Positions 1 through 8,156 of a DNA stretch of 45,215 nucleotides are shown here, in pieces; within the stretch, counting starts at the first letter, position 1, and every line of letters begins with the position of its first letter. The stretch covers positions 1 through 45,215 of IMG/VR virus record IMGVR_UViG_3300029533_000005. The stretch is one strand, 5' to 3'. This DNA is from a virus. Made by a program: the position numbers and the translations under genes. Below the pieces are notes generated by a model that was not told the origin of the DNA, did not search any database, and was given only the letters and a program-made list of their open reading frames with translations.

Positions 1-81
1 TTTTTGACTTTTCTGGGCATGTATCAAGGGTTTATGTCCAGATAATCAAAGACGGGTGGAATAGTAACAGTAATCTGAATA
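1..81. repeat. 81-bp terminal direct repeat identical to 45135..45215 (circular-assembly overlap or terminal redundancy)
   Basis: Read directly: bases 1-81 (tttttgacttttctggg...taatctgaata) recur exactly as the last 81 bases of the window. Confidence 0.9.
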
Positions 82-191
82 ATCCCGGCAATATTTCGCT
101 GGATGCCAGTGTTAAATTCAACCAAATGGAAGAGTTGAAGGGAAAGATTGAGAAAATCCAGGAGGAATTAAGACATGCCGGAAAGATGTGA
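3..191 (+). CDS. C-terminal part of a wrap-around hypothetical protein (N-terminal part at 44999..45215; about 108 aa once the circle is closed)
   Basis: The frame is continuous across the 81-bp overlap. It runs from ATG 44999 (MRKKRIEKKAEKL...) to the TGA at 189-191. The track misses it because it spans the contig ends. Confidence 0.5.
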   Translation, partial: FDFSGHVSRVYVQIIKDGWNSNSNLNNPGNISLDASVKFNQMEELKGKIEKIQEELRHAGKM

Positions 192-336
192 CTGTTGCGG
201 TGCATATCTGGAAGACGGCGGTCTCCTCTGTGAGAAGTGCCGGATGGATATGAAACAACGGATCAACCATAGAAAGCAGATGAATGAAAATAGAATACAA
301 GAAGCGGAGGTAAACTATGAAGCTGTACGAAATTGA
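175..336 (+). CDS. small zinc-ribbon-like protein (53 aa, MPERCDCCGAYLEDGGLLCEKCR...)
   Basis: A GGAGG sits 9-10 nt upstream of the ATG. Two CxxC pairs are present. The ORF is below the track length cut-off and was translated by eye. Confidence 0.45.
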   Translation: MPERCDCCGAYLEDGGLLCEKCRMDMKQRINHRKQMNENRIQEAEVNYEAVRN

Positions 337-802
337 CGAAATGATCATGCAGGCTTTTGAGCAAGCAGTAGATCCAGAGACAGGTGAAATTGTAAATGAA
401 GCCGCATATGCGGCACTGGACAGCCTCCAGGAAGCCAGAGACCAGAAGATTGAGGACGTGTTGCTCTGGATCAAGAATCTGGCCAGCGATGTCGAGGAAC
501 TCAAGAAAGAAAAGATGGCTTTTGCGGAGCGCCAGCAGCAGGCAGAGAAAAGAGCAGAGAGCTTAAAGAGATGGGTTGCAATTGCGTTAAACGGAGAAAA
601 ATTCTCCACACCTAGGGTGTCTGTATCTTGGAGATCATCGGAGGCGGTTGAGTATGTGGGAGATGTCACAGATCTTCCGGCGGAATACATAAAGGTTAAA
701 GATCCAGAAGTGGACAAGATGGCGTTGAAAAAGGCATTAAAGTCCGGAGAGGTTATTGAGGGGGCGTCTCTTGTAAAGAGACAGAACATGCAGATTAAGT
801 AG
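317..802 (+). CDS. Siphovirus Gp157-family protein
   Basis: The start MKLYEIDE, the central coiled coil and the C-terminal ...DKMALKKALKSGEVIEGASL... match the Gp157 family layout. A GGAGG RBS is present. It lies directly upstream of a single-strand annealing protein, as is usual for this family. Confidence 0.75.
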   Translation: MKLYEIDEMIMQAFEQAVDPETGEIVNEAAYAALDSLQEARDQKIEDVLLWIKNLASDVEELKKEKMAFAERQQQAEKRAESLKRWVAIALNGEKFSTPRVSVSWRSSEAVEYVGDVTDLPAEYIKVKDPEVDKMALKKALKSGEVIEGASLVKRQNMQIK

Positions 803-810
803 GTGATGGT

Positions 811-1578
811 ATGGAAAAATTATCATTCCGTTTGCTAGAAGCGTCTGAAATAGATTGCCGGATAGCAACGGTAAGCGAAAAAGGCGTGTCCTTACTACTC
901 TATAAAGACGCTAGAGTGGATCAGAATATCCTTGATGAGACTGTAGGTCCGATGAACTGGCAGAGAAGCCACAGCCGTGATAATGCGAACTGTACAGTCA
1001 GCTTGTGGGACGAAGATAAAAAACAGTGGGTATCAAAAGAAGATACCGGAACAGAGAGTTACACCGAAAAGGAAAAGGGCCTTGCATCCGACAGTTTTAA
1101 ACGTGCTTGTTTTAACTGGGGCATTGGCCGGGAACTTTATACAGCTCCGTTTATCTGGATACCTGCCGGAAATTGCAAGGTTACAGAGAGTGGAAGGACG
1201 GATGCCAGAGGTAAAGCGATTTATACATGCAATGATCGCTTTACAGTCAGCAGGATCGGATACGATGAGGAACGCAACATAAATGATTTGGTGATTAAGT
1301 GCAAAAACAGTGTGGTTTTTTCCATGAAATCAAAACCAGATCAACCGGAATATGCAACGGAAGAAATGCGGCAGACTTTTTTGAGCGAATGCAATCGCAT
1401 TGGGAAACCAAAGTCAGCGATTTTAAAGGCGATTGGAGGAACAACACTAGCTGAACTGACGATTGACCAGTTTAAAAGAGCAATGGCAGCGTTTGAGAAA
1501 ACACCGTCAAAATCAACAGGTGGCGTTGATCCAAGCACTATACCGCCAGAGAATGAGGAGGGAGTCCCGTTTAAATAA
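811..1578 (+). CDS. Rad52/Sak-type single-strand annealing protein
   Basis: The motif EKEKGLASDSFKRACFNWGIGRELY resembles the Rad52/Sak signature (A.TDA.KRA...FG...LY). The position after Gp157 fits. Confidence 0.65.
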   Translation: MEKLSFRLLEASEIDCRIATVSEKGVSLLLYKDARVDQNILDETVGPMNWQRSHSRDNANCTVSLWDEDKKQWVSKEDTGTESYTEKEKGLASDSFKRACFNWGIGRELYTAPFIWIPAGNCKVTESGRTDARGKAIYTCNDRFTVSRIGYDEERNINDLVIKCKNSVVFSMKSKPDQPEYATEEMRQTFLSECNRIGKPKSAILKAIGGTTLAELTIDQFKRAMAAFEKTPSKSTGGVDPSTIPPENEEGVPFK

Positions 1579-2150
1579 TGGAATGTAAAGGGAGGCTGAT
1601 CACCGTACAAAAAGATTGGAGAACCGGGAAATTCCAGGTAGCGTTTGAGGTTGACGATGATGTGAGCAGCCAGGTTGATAATATCAACGAAAAAGAATTG
1701 AAGATCACCGCCAAAATCTGGAGGGAAAAGCGGAGCCTTGACAGTAACGCTTACTACTGGGTGCTGCTTTCCAGATTGGCAGAGTACATGAAGATCTCAA
1801 AGCCGTGCGCTCATAACATGATGTTGCGCCGCTACGGTCAAAATTTACTGATTGACGGGATCAAGGCATATATCCGTATCCCGGACACAGAAAAAGCCGA
1901 GAAAATGGCTCTGGAAGCGTCAACATATCACATCAGACCAACCTCACAGACCGTATCTGGGAGTGACGGGGTAACGTATCGTACATACGTGATGCTAAAA
2001 GGTTCTAGTGACTATGATACGCGGGAGATGTCGGAATTAATAGATGGCCTGGTGTCAGAGTGCAAGGAATGTGGCATTGAGACGGCAACGCCGGAAGAAC
2101 TACAAAGAATGCTTGATCTGTATGATCAGAACAGGAGAAAAGATGGCTAA
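1578..2150 (+). CDS. hypothetical protein, possibly a NinB/Orf-like recombination mediator
   Basis: KRSLDSNAYYWVLLSRLAE resembles the lambda NinB segment RSLDQNRKLWACL. The start is coupled to the previous stop through a TAATG overlap. Confidence 0.35.
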   Translation: MECKGRLITVQKDWRTGKFQVAFEVDDDVSSQVDNINEKELKITAKIWREKRSLDSNAYYWVLLSRLAEYMKISKPCAHNMMLRRYGQNLLIDGIKAYIRIPDTEKAEKMALEASTYHIRPTSQTVSGSDGVTYRTYVMLKGSSDYDTREMSELIDGLVSECKECGIETATPEELQRMLDLYDQNRRKDG

Positions 2151-2445
2151 AAAGCTATGGAGCGCATTTACCGATGATATGGATCACTGCTATTTTACCG
2201 GGTCACCGAATGTAGAACGCCACCACATTTTTGAGGGGCGGCAGGGCTATAAAGTGAAATCTGAAAAAAGAGGTTTTGTAATTCCGTTGAGACCAGACTT
2301 ACACCCAAACGGCGCAAACTTCGCAAGAACGAAAGAAAATTTGGAGATCGACAGGAAGTTGAAGGAAATGGCACAGGAATATTACGAGAGCCATTACGGG
2401 AGCCGGGAAGAGTTTATGAGAGAATTTGGCAAGAACTACTTATGA
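2143..2445 (+). CDS. conserved small phage protein with a possible His-Me (HNH-like) motif
   Basis: The start was moved to ATG 2143, after the AGGAGAAAAG RBS. The longer track ORF from 2044 overlaps the previous gene. Motifs ERHHIF and LHPNG are present. Confidence 0.4.
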   Translation: MAKKLWSAFTDDMDHCYFTGSPNVERHHIFEGRQGYKVKSEKRGFVIPLRPDLHPNGANFARTKENLEIDRKLKEMAQEYYESHYGSREEFMREFGKNYL

Positions 2446-2542
2446 CCTCCGGGGTCTAAGACCCAAGAGATAGATATGTCACGAAAATCCATTCCCGTCC
2501 GGTTGAACTTTCAGCAGCCGAGGCGGGAGAAAGGAGGATACA

Positions 2543-2914
2543 TTGGACTACAGAATTGCAGATACCGCAATGGCGGTTGTATATAACGCTATTGGTGTAG
2601 GACGTGAAAACGCCACATCAAGGCAGGAACTGGCAAAGAAAACAGGAATGCCAGACCGTGCAGTCAGAAAAGCTATTGAGATGCTTCGGCATGAAAGACC
2701 AATCTTAAGCGTAGAGGGTGGGAAAGGTTATTATATCCCACGCACAAACGCACAGGGACGGTCTGAGACGGCCAGATGGATTGAAAGGCAGAATCGCCGC
2801 ATAGCCAGTATCAGAAAGGCACAGAACGGCGCTAGACGGTTTGCACAGACAGAAAAGAAAGAAAAGCAGTGCCGCGGTCAAATTTCTTTTTTTGGAGGTG
2901 GTTACAGTGGTTAA
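2543..2914 (+). CDS. winged-helix DNA-binding protein (replication or regulatory)
   Basis: TTG start after AAAGGAGG. The segment TSRQELAKKTGMPDRAVRKAIEMLRHE is a typical wHTH, followed by a basic C-terminus. Confidence 0.5.
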   Translation: MDYRIADTAMAVVYNAIGVGRENATSRQELAKKTGMPDRAVRKAIEMLRHERPILSVEGGKGYYIPRTNAQGRSETARWIERQNRRIASIRKAQNGARRFAQTEKKEKQCRGQISFFGGGYSG

Positions 2915-3239
2915 CTCCAAAAAGAAGGGTGCCAGGGGAGAACGAGAACTCTCGAAGATACTTAGAGACTACGGATACAACGCCAGAAGAGGGCAACAGT
3001 ATTGTGGAGCCAACGGAGACGCTGACGTTGTTGGTTTGCCAGGAATCCATATTGAGTGCAAGCGGGTTGAAAAACTGAATCTGCTGGACGCAATGGGACA
3101 GGCCGTGCATGATGCTGCCACCGGGCTTTTCCCAGCAGTATTCCACCGCCGTGATCGGTGCGAATGGCTTGTGACTATGCGGTTGGATGACTGGATGCAG
3201 ATATACAGAGAATGGGAGGCGGGCAGAGATGAGAGATAG
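2907..3239 (+). CDS. PD-(D/E)xK Holliday-junction-resolvase-like nuclease
   Basis: GTG 2907 lies 8 nt after a GGAGG. KGARGERELSKIL...DADVVGLPGIHIECKR gives E...D...E.K spacing, as in small phage resolvases. Confidence 0.55.
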   Translation: MVNSKKKGARGERELSKILRDYGYNARRGQQYCGANGDADVVGLPGIHIECKRVEKLNLLDAMGQAVHDAATGLFPAVFHRRDRCEWLVTMRLDDWMQIYREWEAGRDER

Positions 3240-3879
3240 TCTTGTATTTTATAAATCATTCCAGACTGCCATTAAACGCCTACCAGAAGATCAGCAGTTA
3301 AAGGCATTGTGGGCAATCATTGACTATGGGTTAGATGGAGTCGAGCCGGAAGAGGACGGCCTTTACTTGGTGGCGTATGATATGGCAAAGCCACAGGTTG
3401 ACGCTAACATTGAGCGAAAAGTCAATGGATACAGAGGTGGGAGACCTGTTAAATATGCCAACGTAGAAACGAATGATAACTATGTGGAAGAAAAAACAGT
3501 AGAGAATAGTAAGAAAAAGGTGCCGCATGAAGATACAAGCCCGGTAGTTGGTTACATACCATTGATTGATGGAACTGACTACGCCGTCACAGAACTGGCG
3601 CTTGCGGAATTGCAAAGCCTATACCCGGCAGTGGATGCAGCACAAGAGCTAAGAAATATAATCGGGTGGAACAAATCTAATCCGAAGAACAAGAAGACAC
3701 GAAGTGGTGTTACCAGACATATAAATAGCTGGTTTGCGAGAGCACAGAATGATGCAAGGAGAAAATCACAGGGAAAGCCAGAAGCAAAAAAGAATGGCTT
3801 TCACAATTTCGAACAGCGAGACACCGACTACGATGCTTTGGCAACGCAGCGGATCAGAGAGAGGTTGGGCAATGGCTAG
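3229..3879 (+). CDS. hypothetical protein (possible replication organiser or DNA-binding protein)
   Basis: ATG 3229 overlaps the upstream stop. The N-terminus is LVFYKSFQTAIKRLPEDQQLKALWAIIDYGLDG and the C-terminus is basic. Function is not established. Confidence 0.5.
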   Translation: MRDSLVFYKSFQTAIKRLPEDQQLKALWAIIDYGLDGVEPEEDGLYLVAYDMAKPQVDANIERKVNGYRGGRPVKYANVETNDNYVEEKTVENSKKKVPHEDTSPVVGYIPLIDGTDYAVTELALAELQSLYPAVDAAQELRNIIGWNKSNPKNKKTRSGVTRHINSWFARAQNDARRKSQGKPEAKKNGFHNFEQRDTDYDALATQRIRERLGNG

Positions 3880-4165
3880 ATTAAAGCTATACAGATGCGA
3901 GGATTTAAAGAACGGGAAAGTCTGTGAGGGTAACGCTAAACAGATGGGTGATTTTCTGGGGTGTCCCGGACAAATGGTATATTCATTGACCACAAGAGAA
4001 ATGGCTTATAAAGATCGATACAAAATCGAGCTTGTTGGTGAGATCGGAGAATATGTGGAATATTTTTCTGAGCAATGGAAGCACGTTACAAAAAAATTGA
4101 AAGAAAGCGGATATGATCTTTCAAGGATCTATCTGGTAGAGGAACACGAAAATGACGATGTATGA
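3872..4165 (+). CDS. hypothetical protein
   Basis: ATG 3872 overlaps the upstream stop. The 97-aa ORF runs the same way as the operon. Confidence 0.5.
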   Translation: MARLKLYRCEDLKNGKVCEGNAKQMGDFLGCPGQMVYSLTTREMAYKDRYKIELVGEIGEYVEYFSEQWKHVTKKLKESGYDLSRIYLVEEHENDDV

Positions 4166-4445
4166 AAGATTATATAGACCGATCACAGGCGAGGTGATCC
4201 GGGAGTTACAGAAAAGAATCCGTGTAGGCAGTCGGATTACGGTACGGACCTATAAAGGTTCCAATCTCGGAAACTTTGATGATCCTGGAACAGCATGTAA
4301 ACAGGAAGTAGAAAGAAGAGCAATCGTGACTGGCTGCTATCCGTTTGGTGTAACGGCCAGAATCGAAAGAAGTGGCTTAATTGATAGCATGACATGGGCA
4401 GAACTGGAAATGAGAAGGAGACAGTATGGGCGGATTGGCTTGTAA
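4152..4445 (+). CDS. hypothetical protein
   Basis: A 97-aa ORF with overlapping start and stop coupling to its neighbours. Confidence 0.5.
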   Translation: MTMYERLYRPITGEVIRELQKRIRVGSRITVRTYKGSNLGNFDDPGTACKQEVERRAIVTGCYPFGVTARIERSGLIDSMTWAELEMRRRQYGRIGL

Positions 4446-4833
4446 AGAAATGACTGCCGCCGAATACCTTTCTAATCTTGCGATGCCACGCAATTATCAC
4501 GCGGAGGTGACGAGGGTGAAAACCAGAAACATGAGTTATGAAGACCACGGCGTTTTTCCCGGAGATGAAAAAGAGCTACTGATCCGGTGCAGAAAGGCAG
4601 ATAGAGAAGAACGTCATAACCTCTTACACGCTTGCATAGATGCGGCACCGGAAGGATTGGAATTCTTTGTGTATCAGAGTTTGGCGGGTGGAAAAAGCTA
4701 TGATAACATCTCAAGAACCGATTATATCCCAGCCAAGAAGGATGATTTTTATGCATACCGCCGGAAGGCAATGGGCACATTTTACAACTTGCTGAGGATG
4801 GAGGGAAAATGGAATGATGATTCCGGACAGTGA
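4426..4833 (+). CDS. hypothetical protein, possibly an ArpU/RinA-like (sigma region-4-like) transcription regulator
   Basis: Strong RBS AAGGAGA. The size (135 aa) and the C-terminal pattern ...GGKSYDNISRTDYIPAKKDDFYAYRRKAMGTFYNLL recall ArpU-type late activators. The similarity is weak. Confidence 0.3.
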   Translation: MGGLACKEMTAAEYLSNLAMPRNYHAEVTRVKTRNMSYEDHGVFPGDEKELLIRCRKADREERHNLLHACIDAAPEGLEFFVYQSLAGGKSYDNISRTDYIPAKKDDFYAYRRKAMGTFYNLLRMEGKWNDDSGQ

Positions 4834-4892
4834 CCAGATAGCAGAAAAGGCATTACGGTTTAAAAAACGCATGGAGGAAAAGACAGATACAG

Positions 4893-5039
4893 ATGTATGA
4901 CTGGGATGATATTTGCTACGAATGTACAGGATACGGCGATAATTACGAAGTGGACGAAGAGGGCGAGTTGATCTGCCGTTGCAGTACGTGTCCGAATAAT
5001 GCAGACAGAGAGTGGGAGGAAGAATGGGAAACAGTGTAG
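4893..5039 (+). CDS. small zinc-ribbon protein (48 aa)
   Basis: Translated by eye as MYDWDDICYECTGYGDNYEVDEEGELICRCSTCPNN..., with CxxC and CxC..C motifs. Confidence 0.4.
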   Translation: MYDWDDICYECTGYGDNYEVDEEGELICRCSTCPNNADREWEEEWETV

Positions 5040-5163
5040 TTCCGATCATGGCAGAACAGATCGTAAAAGCAAACTGTCCATATCTAAAGATTGGCGAGAG
5101 GGTTCCGAACCTTGTGATTGATGATAGCGATGTACAGCTTAAGTTTGCGTAGGTAATGATTAT

Positions 5164-5331
5164 ATGAATTATGATGCAATTGTAATATGGTATACCGGAA
5201 TGATAATAATGTATCTGCGTCTATACATTGATGATGTTTTTACAGCCCATGAAAAGATATTGTTTATATTATGGTTTTGCAAAGTTTATTCATTGGCTAT
5301 TGCAGCAGCGATTTTATTTACAGGAGCGTGA
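5164..5331 (+). CDS. small membrane protein (55 aa)
   Basis: Translated by eye. There are two hydrophobic stretches, IVIWYTGMIIMYL and ILFILWFCKVYSLAIAAAILF. Confidence 0.35.
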   Translation: MNYDAIVIWYTGMIIMYLRLYIDDVFTAHEKILFILWFCKVYSLAIAAAILFTGA

Positions 5332-5448
5332 AAGATATGACAGATATTGAAAAACAAGAAATCATAGCAGAAGTAGAGGATTCTGTCATGGAGGACTGCA
5401 CCATAGCGTGTCAGCTGCTTACATGGGGAAAGTGAGGACGGCAAGAGG

Positions 5449-5844
5449 ATGGGAATAGTAAAATTAAACCCGATAAATAAAGATGATTTAAAAGTCGGAG
5501 ATGTGGTTGGAGTCGCAAGGGGAGTATGGTGCGGATGGGGAGCAAGTTTTAGACACGTCATGGTGTATCCTACAAAGATTATTCGTATAACTCCTAAACG
5601 AACTAAAATTGAAACCGACAAGTTTGGAGAACACGATAAACATGAAGTGTTTTATAAATACGATTCCGATGCCATAAAAGAAAGTGAAATGGCGAAGCAG
5701 TTTAAAGCAATCAAAGATGGTGTATATGCCATTGAAGATTTTAAGTCGAGCCGTGGGCTGAGAGTAATTAAAGACGAAGATTTAGATGCACTGTCAGAGC
5801 ATATTAATGCAGTTGCAGAAATTCTGAAAAGTTATGGAAAATGA
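5449..5844 (+). CDS. hypothetical protein
   Basis: A 131-aa ORF that is co-directional and translationally coupled to the next gene. Confidence 0.55.
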   Translation: MGIVKLNPINKDDLKVGDVVGVARGVWCGWGASFRHVMVYPTKIIRITPKRTKIETDKFGEHDKHEVFYKYDSDAIKESEMAKQFKAIKDGVYAIEDFKSSRGLRVIKDEDLDALSEHINAVAEILKSYGK

Positions 5845-6038
5845 GGATGGAAATTGATTATAAGCACTGTAGATGCGGATGCGGTGGAATTATAGGGCAA
5901 TACAGTAAAGCGAACGGATTCACCTGTGAAAGATGCAATAAAGAGTATCAATTATCAGAGCTAAATTTTGATTGGATTGCATTGAACGAAAAGACAGGAT
6001 GGCTGTTTCCGATGTTGAATAAGGAGGACACAATATGA
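5841..6038 (+). CDS. small zinc-ribbon protein
   Basis: CRCGCGG...CERCNK cysteine pairs. Start and stop overlap the neighbouring genes. Confidence 0.5.
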   Translation: MRMEIDYKHCRCGCGGIIGQYSKANGFTCERCNKEYQLSELNFDWIALNEKTGWLFPMLNKEDTI

Positions 6039-6472
6039 GAAGTTACACAATAAACCTTCCAAGAGGACTGGAAGTAGATATTTTTAATTTACCAGATAAT
6101 TTCGAGGAAGAAATCAATCGTGTATTTGGAGAATATACGCAGAAGACAGTAAAAGATTATAGAGATTGCGATAGATTAAGGTTTATTGACTGTTGCGTAA
6201 GACATATTAACGGAAATAAAAAAAGCTACGATGTAGTAGATGAAAAAGTAGAAGATTTTATTACCGCTCAGTGGAGAGAATATGGACAGCTTGACAATAA
6301 AGACGATGTGTACAGTGCTGATTTTATGGCTGATTGTTACGAAGAAGGTGTACAAAACGCAGTATTGTGCTCTCATTTCGGAACTGACGATCATCACATT
6401 TACGACCAGATTCAGGAGGTTCTCGCGCAGGTGATTACAATTGTAATGAACTATGAAGATGAGGAGGACTAA
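6035..6472 (+). CDS. hypothetical acidic protein
   Basis: A 145-aa ORF with an ATGA overlap to the upstream gene. Confidence 0.55.
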   Translation: MRSYTINLPRGLEVDIFNLPDNFEEEINRVFGEYTQKTVKDYRDCDRLRFIDCCVRHINGNKKSYDVVDEKVEDFITAQWREYGQLDNKDDVYSADFMADCYEEGVQNAVLCSHFGTDDHHIYDQIQEVLAQVITIVMNYEDEED

Positions 6473-6477
6473 ACATA

Positions 6478-6648
6478 GTGAAAATAACACAATGTCAAGG
6501 CGAGGGGCAAGGTAGTTGCAAAAGATGTGACGATAAAGGTATCTGGAACAGGCACTGGATGTGCTTCTTATACAAGATAGAGGGGCAGGAAGGTTGCTAC
6601 TGTGAGAAATGCATAAAAGAAATTATGAGGAAAGAGGGTTGTGATTGA
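6478..6648 (+). CDS. small cysteine-rich (zinc-ribbon-like) protein, 56 aa
   Basis: GTG start. Translated by eye as VKITQCQGEGQGSCKRCDDKG...CYCEKCIKE. Its stop abuts the next ATG. Confidence 0.4.
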   Translation: MKITQCQGEGQGSCKRCDDKGIWNRHWMCFLYKIEGQEGCYCEKCIKEIMRKEGCD

Positions 6649-6918
6649 ATGAGCAGACTGATTGATGCTGACGAATTAATCAAATACATCAAAATTTGGG
6701 AGATTGGGACAAGTATTAGTTCTGACCAGAAAGAGTTTATTGATTGTGTTAACAGGCAGCCGACAGCTTTTGATGCGGATAAGGTTGTGGAGCAGTTGGA
6801 AACAAGAAAGACAAGAGCTGCTGCATTACAGGAGAAAAATATATCAGAGTATTTCGAGGGTGAAACTGATGCGTTTAAATTTGCAATCAAAATCGTGAAA
6901 GGTGGTGGAGTTGAATGA
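6649..6918 (+). CDS. hypothetical protein
   Basis: An 89-aa ORF (MSRLIDADELIKYI...) coupled to the YopX gene. Confidence 0.55.
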   Translation: MSRLIDADELIKYIKIWEIGTSISSDQKEFIDCVNRQPTAFDADKVVEQLETRKTRAAALQEKNISEYFEGETDAFKFAIKIVKGGGVE

Positions 6919-7403
6919 GAGAAATTCTTTTCAAGGCAAAGCGGATTGATAACGGTGAATGGGTGCAAGGAGCCGTTTTATTTCATGATACTGACGCAAC
7001 TACTATATTCAATCAACATATGGGAGACGGTTCTTTGCAAGGATTTGAAGTGAACCCATCCACCATCTGCCAATGTACAGGCTTGAAAGACAAGAACGGG
7101 AAGAAGATTTGGGAAAATGATATTTTGATGTGTCATGGAAATTCAGAAGACCTTGTAAAAACGGCATTTGGAGAATTTGGCGTAAGAAATATTGGAACCA
7201 GATCCATAGTAGATAAAGCTATCGGATGGTATTACGAAGTTATCCCAACAGATGCAATCAGCAGATGTGAACCATTCTGCTGGTCAATGCCACTGACCAA
7301 AGATTATATCGACAGGTGCGAAATGGAAGTAGTTGGAAGCATTTTTGACAATCCAGAATTATTACAGGAGGAATGGATTAATGGCATGCGCAAAGAAATG
7401 TGA
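6915..7403 (+). CDS. YopX-family protein
   Basis: MREILFKAKRIDNGEWVQG and ...CQCTGLKDKNGKKIWENDIL are the characteristic YopX motifs. Confidence 0.8.
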   Translation: MREILFKAKRIDNGEWVQGAVLFHDTDATTIFNQHMGDGSLQGFEVNPSTICQCTGLKDKNGKKIWENDILMCHGNSEDLVKTAFGEFGVRNIGTRSIVDKAIGWYYEVIPTDAISRCEPFCWSMPLTKDYIDRCEMEVVGSIFDNPELLQEEWINGMRKEM

Positions 7404-7575
7404 CAGATGTGGAAAACTATACGAAGAGTACAATTTTAAGAAGGACGGAAAGAATCCTAATGGGATTATGACATTAAATTTGGACTATCAAAGAAAATTT
7501 TATTCACATACCGCTATGGATTTATGCCCCGATTGTATGAAAGAATTTCAGGATTGGATGGAAGAGGTGAAGTAG
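7381..7575 (+). CDS. small zinc-ribbon protein
   Basis: Start reset to ATG 7381 (MACAKKCDRCGKLYEE...CPDCMKEF). Two CxxC pairs are present. Confidence 0.5.
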   Translation: MACAKKCDRCGKLYEEYNFKKDGKNPNGIMTLNLDYQRKFYSHTAMDLCPDCMKEFQDWMEEVK

Positions 7576-7590
7576 ATGGAGAGATTAACA
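7566..7590 (+). repeat. 25-nt exact repeat spanning a gene junction (partner at 8772..8796)
   Basis: ggtgaagtagATGGAGAGATTAACA occurs identically at both sites. Each copy covers the previous stop and the first five codons (MERLT) of the next gene. Confidence 0.85.
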
Positions 7591-7932
7591 CTTGAAGAAG
7601 CTATTAAACATGCGAGAGAATTGGCAGAGAGAAACTATAAAAATGTGAGAACTTATCCCCAAGAACTATGGAAGCCAGGTGAATTGGAAAACTGTCAAAA
7701 ATGCGCCGAAGAACACGATCAGTTAGCAAAGTGGTTGCAAGAATTAAAAGAATGTCGAGAGTCTGAAAACGATAATATCTTTTATCAGATCAGAAAAAAG
7801 TTAAAGGAAGATAAAATTCCAGAAAATATGGAACCGTTTATAAAAGAACACCATTACAGATCGACAGAAAATGAAACAGTGCTGGAAGTTAAGATTGGAT
7901 GGAGGGAAAGGTCAACTACCCATTACCTTTAG
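7576..7932 (+). CDS. hypothetical protein (MERLT N-terminus)
   Basis: A 118-aa ORF that shares its first 5 codons and its 5' junction with the gene at 8782. Confidence 0.55.
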   Translation: MERLTLEEAIKHARELAERNYKNVRTYPQELWKPGELENCQKCAEEHDQLAKWLQELKECRESENDNIFYQIRKKLKEDKIPENMEPFIKEHHYRSTENETVLEVKIGWRERSTTHYL

Positions 7933-7949
7933 GTGGTGGGTTTCCGCCT

Positions 7950-8156
7950 ATGGCAAACGAAAGGATTTTATTTATGAAAAACGGAATCATATGCAAAGAA
8001 GACGGCGATGCACTGCTTGAAATCTATCGGGCAATCAATGTTTATGACGGATCGCTGAACCGCAATCTGACTATGGAAGAAATGGTTTTGATATTTGCGC
8101 TTGGACACGCTATAAAAGAGAATTTTGCGGAAGGAAGGGAAGTAGATGGCAATTAA
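7950..8156 (+). CDS. hypothetical protein
   Basis: Start moved to ATG 7950 (MANERILFMKNG...). The longer track start would overlap the upstream gene. Confidence 0.45.
   Translation: MANERILFMKNGIICKEDGDALLEIYRAINVYDGSLNRNLTMEEMVLIFALGHAIKENFAEGREVDGN

Noticed and set aside
118-789. Long antisense track ORFs opposite well-supported genes (for example 118..789, 10203..10652, 16726..17232, 18422..19084, 29688..30677 and 15996..16517)
   Set aside because: They mirror strongly supported genes on the other strand. They have low-complexity or Cys/Ser/Leu-rich translations and lack RBSs. These are typical shadow ORFs.
2044-3239. The longer N-terminal extensions given by the track for several genes (2044, 2841, 3187, 3734, 7333, 7899, 23201, 25931, 31561, 35525, 36811, 40099, 42020)
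   Set aside because: Each extension overlaps the preceding gene extensively. An internal start with a proper SD and stop-start coupling is available, so the starts were moved accordingly.
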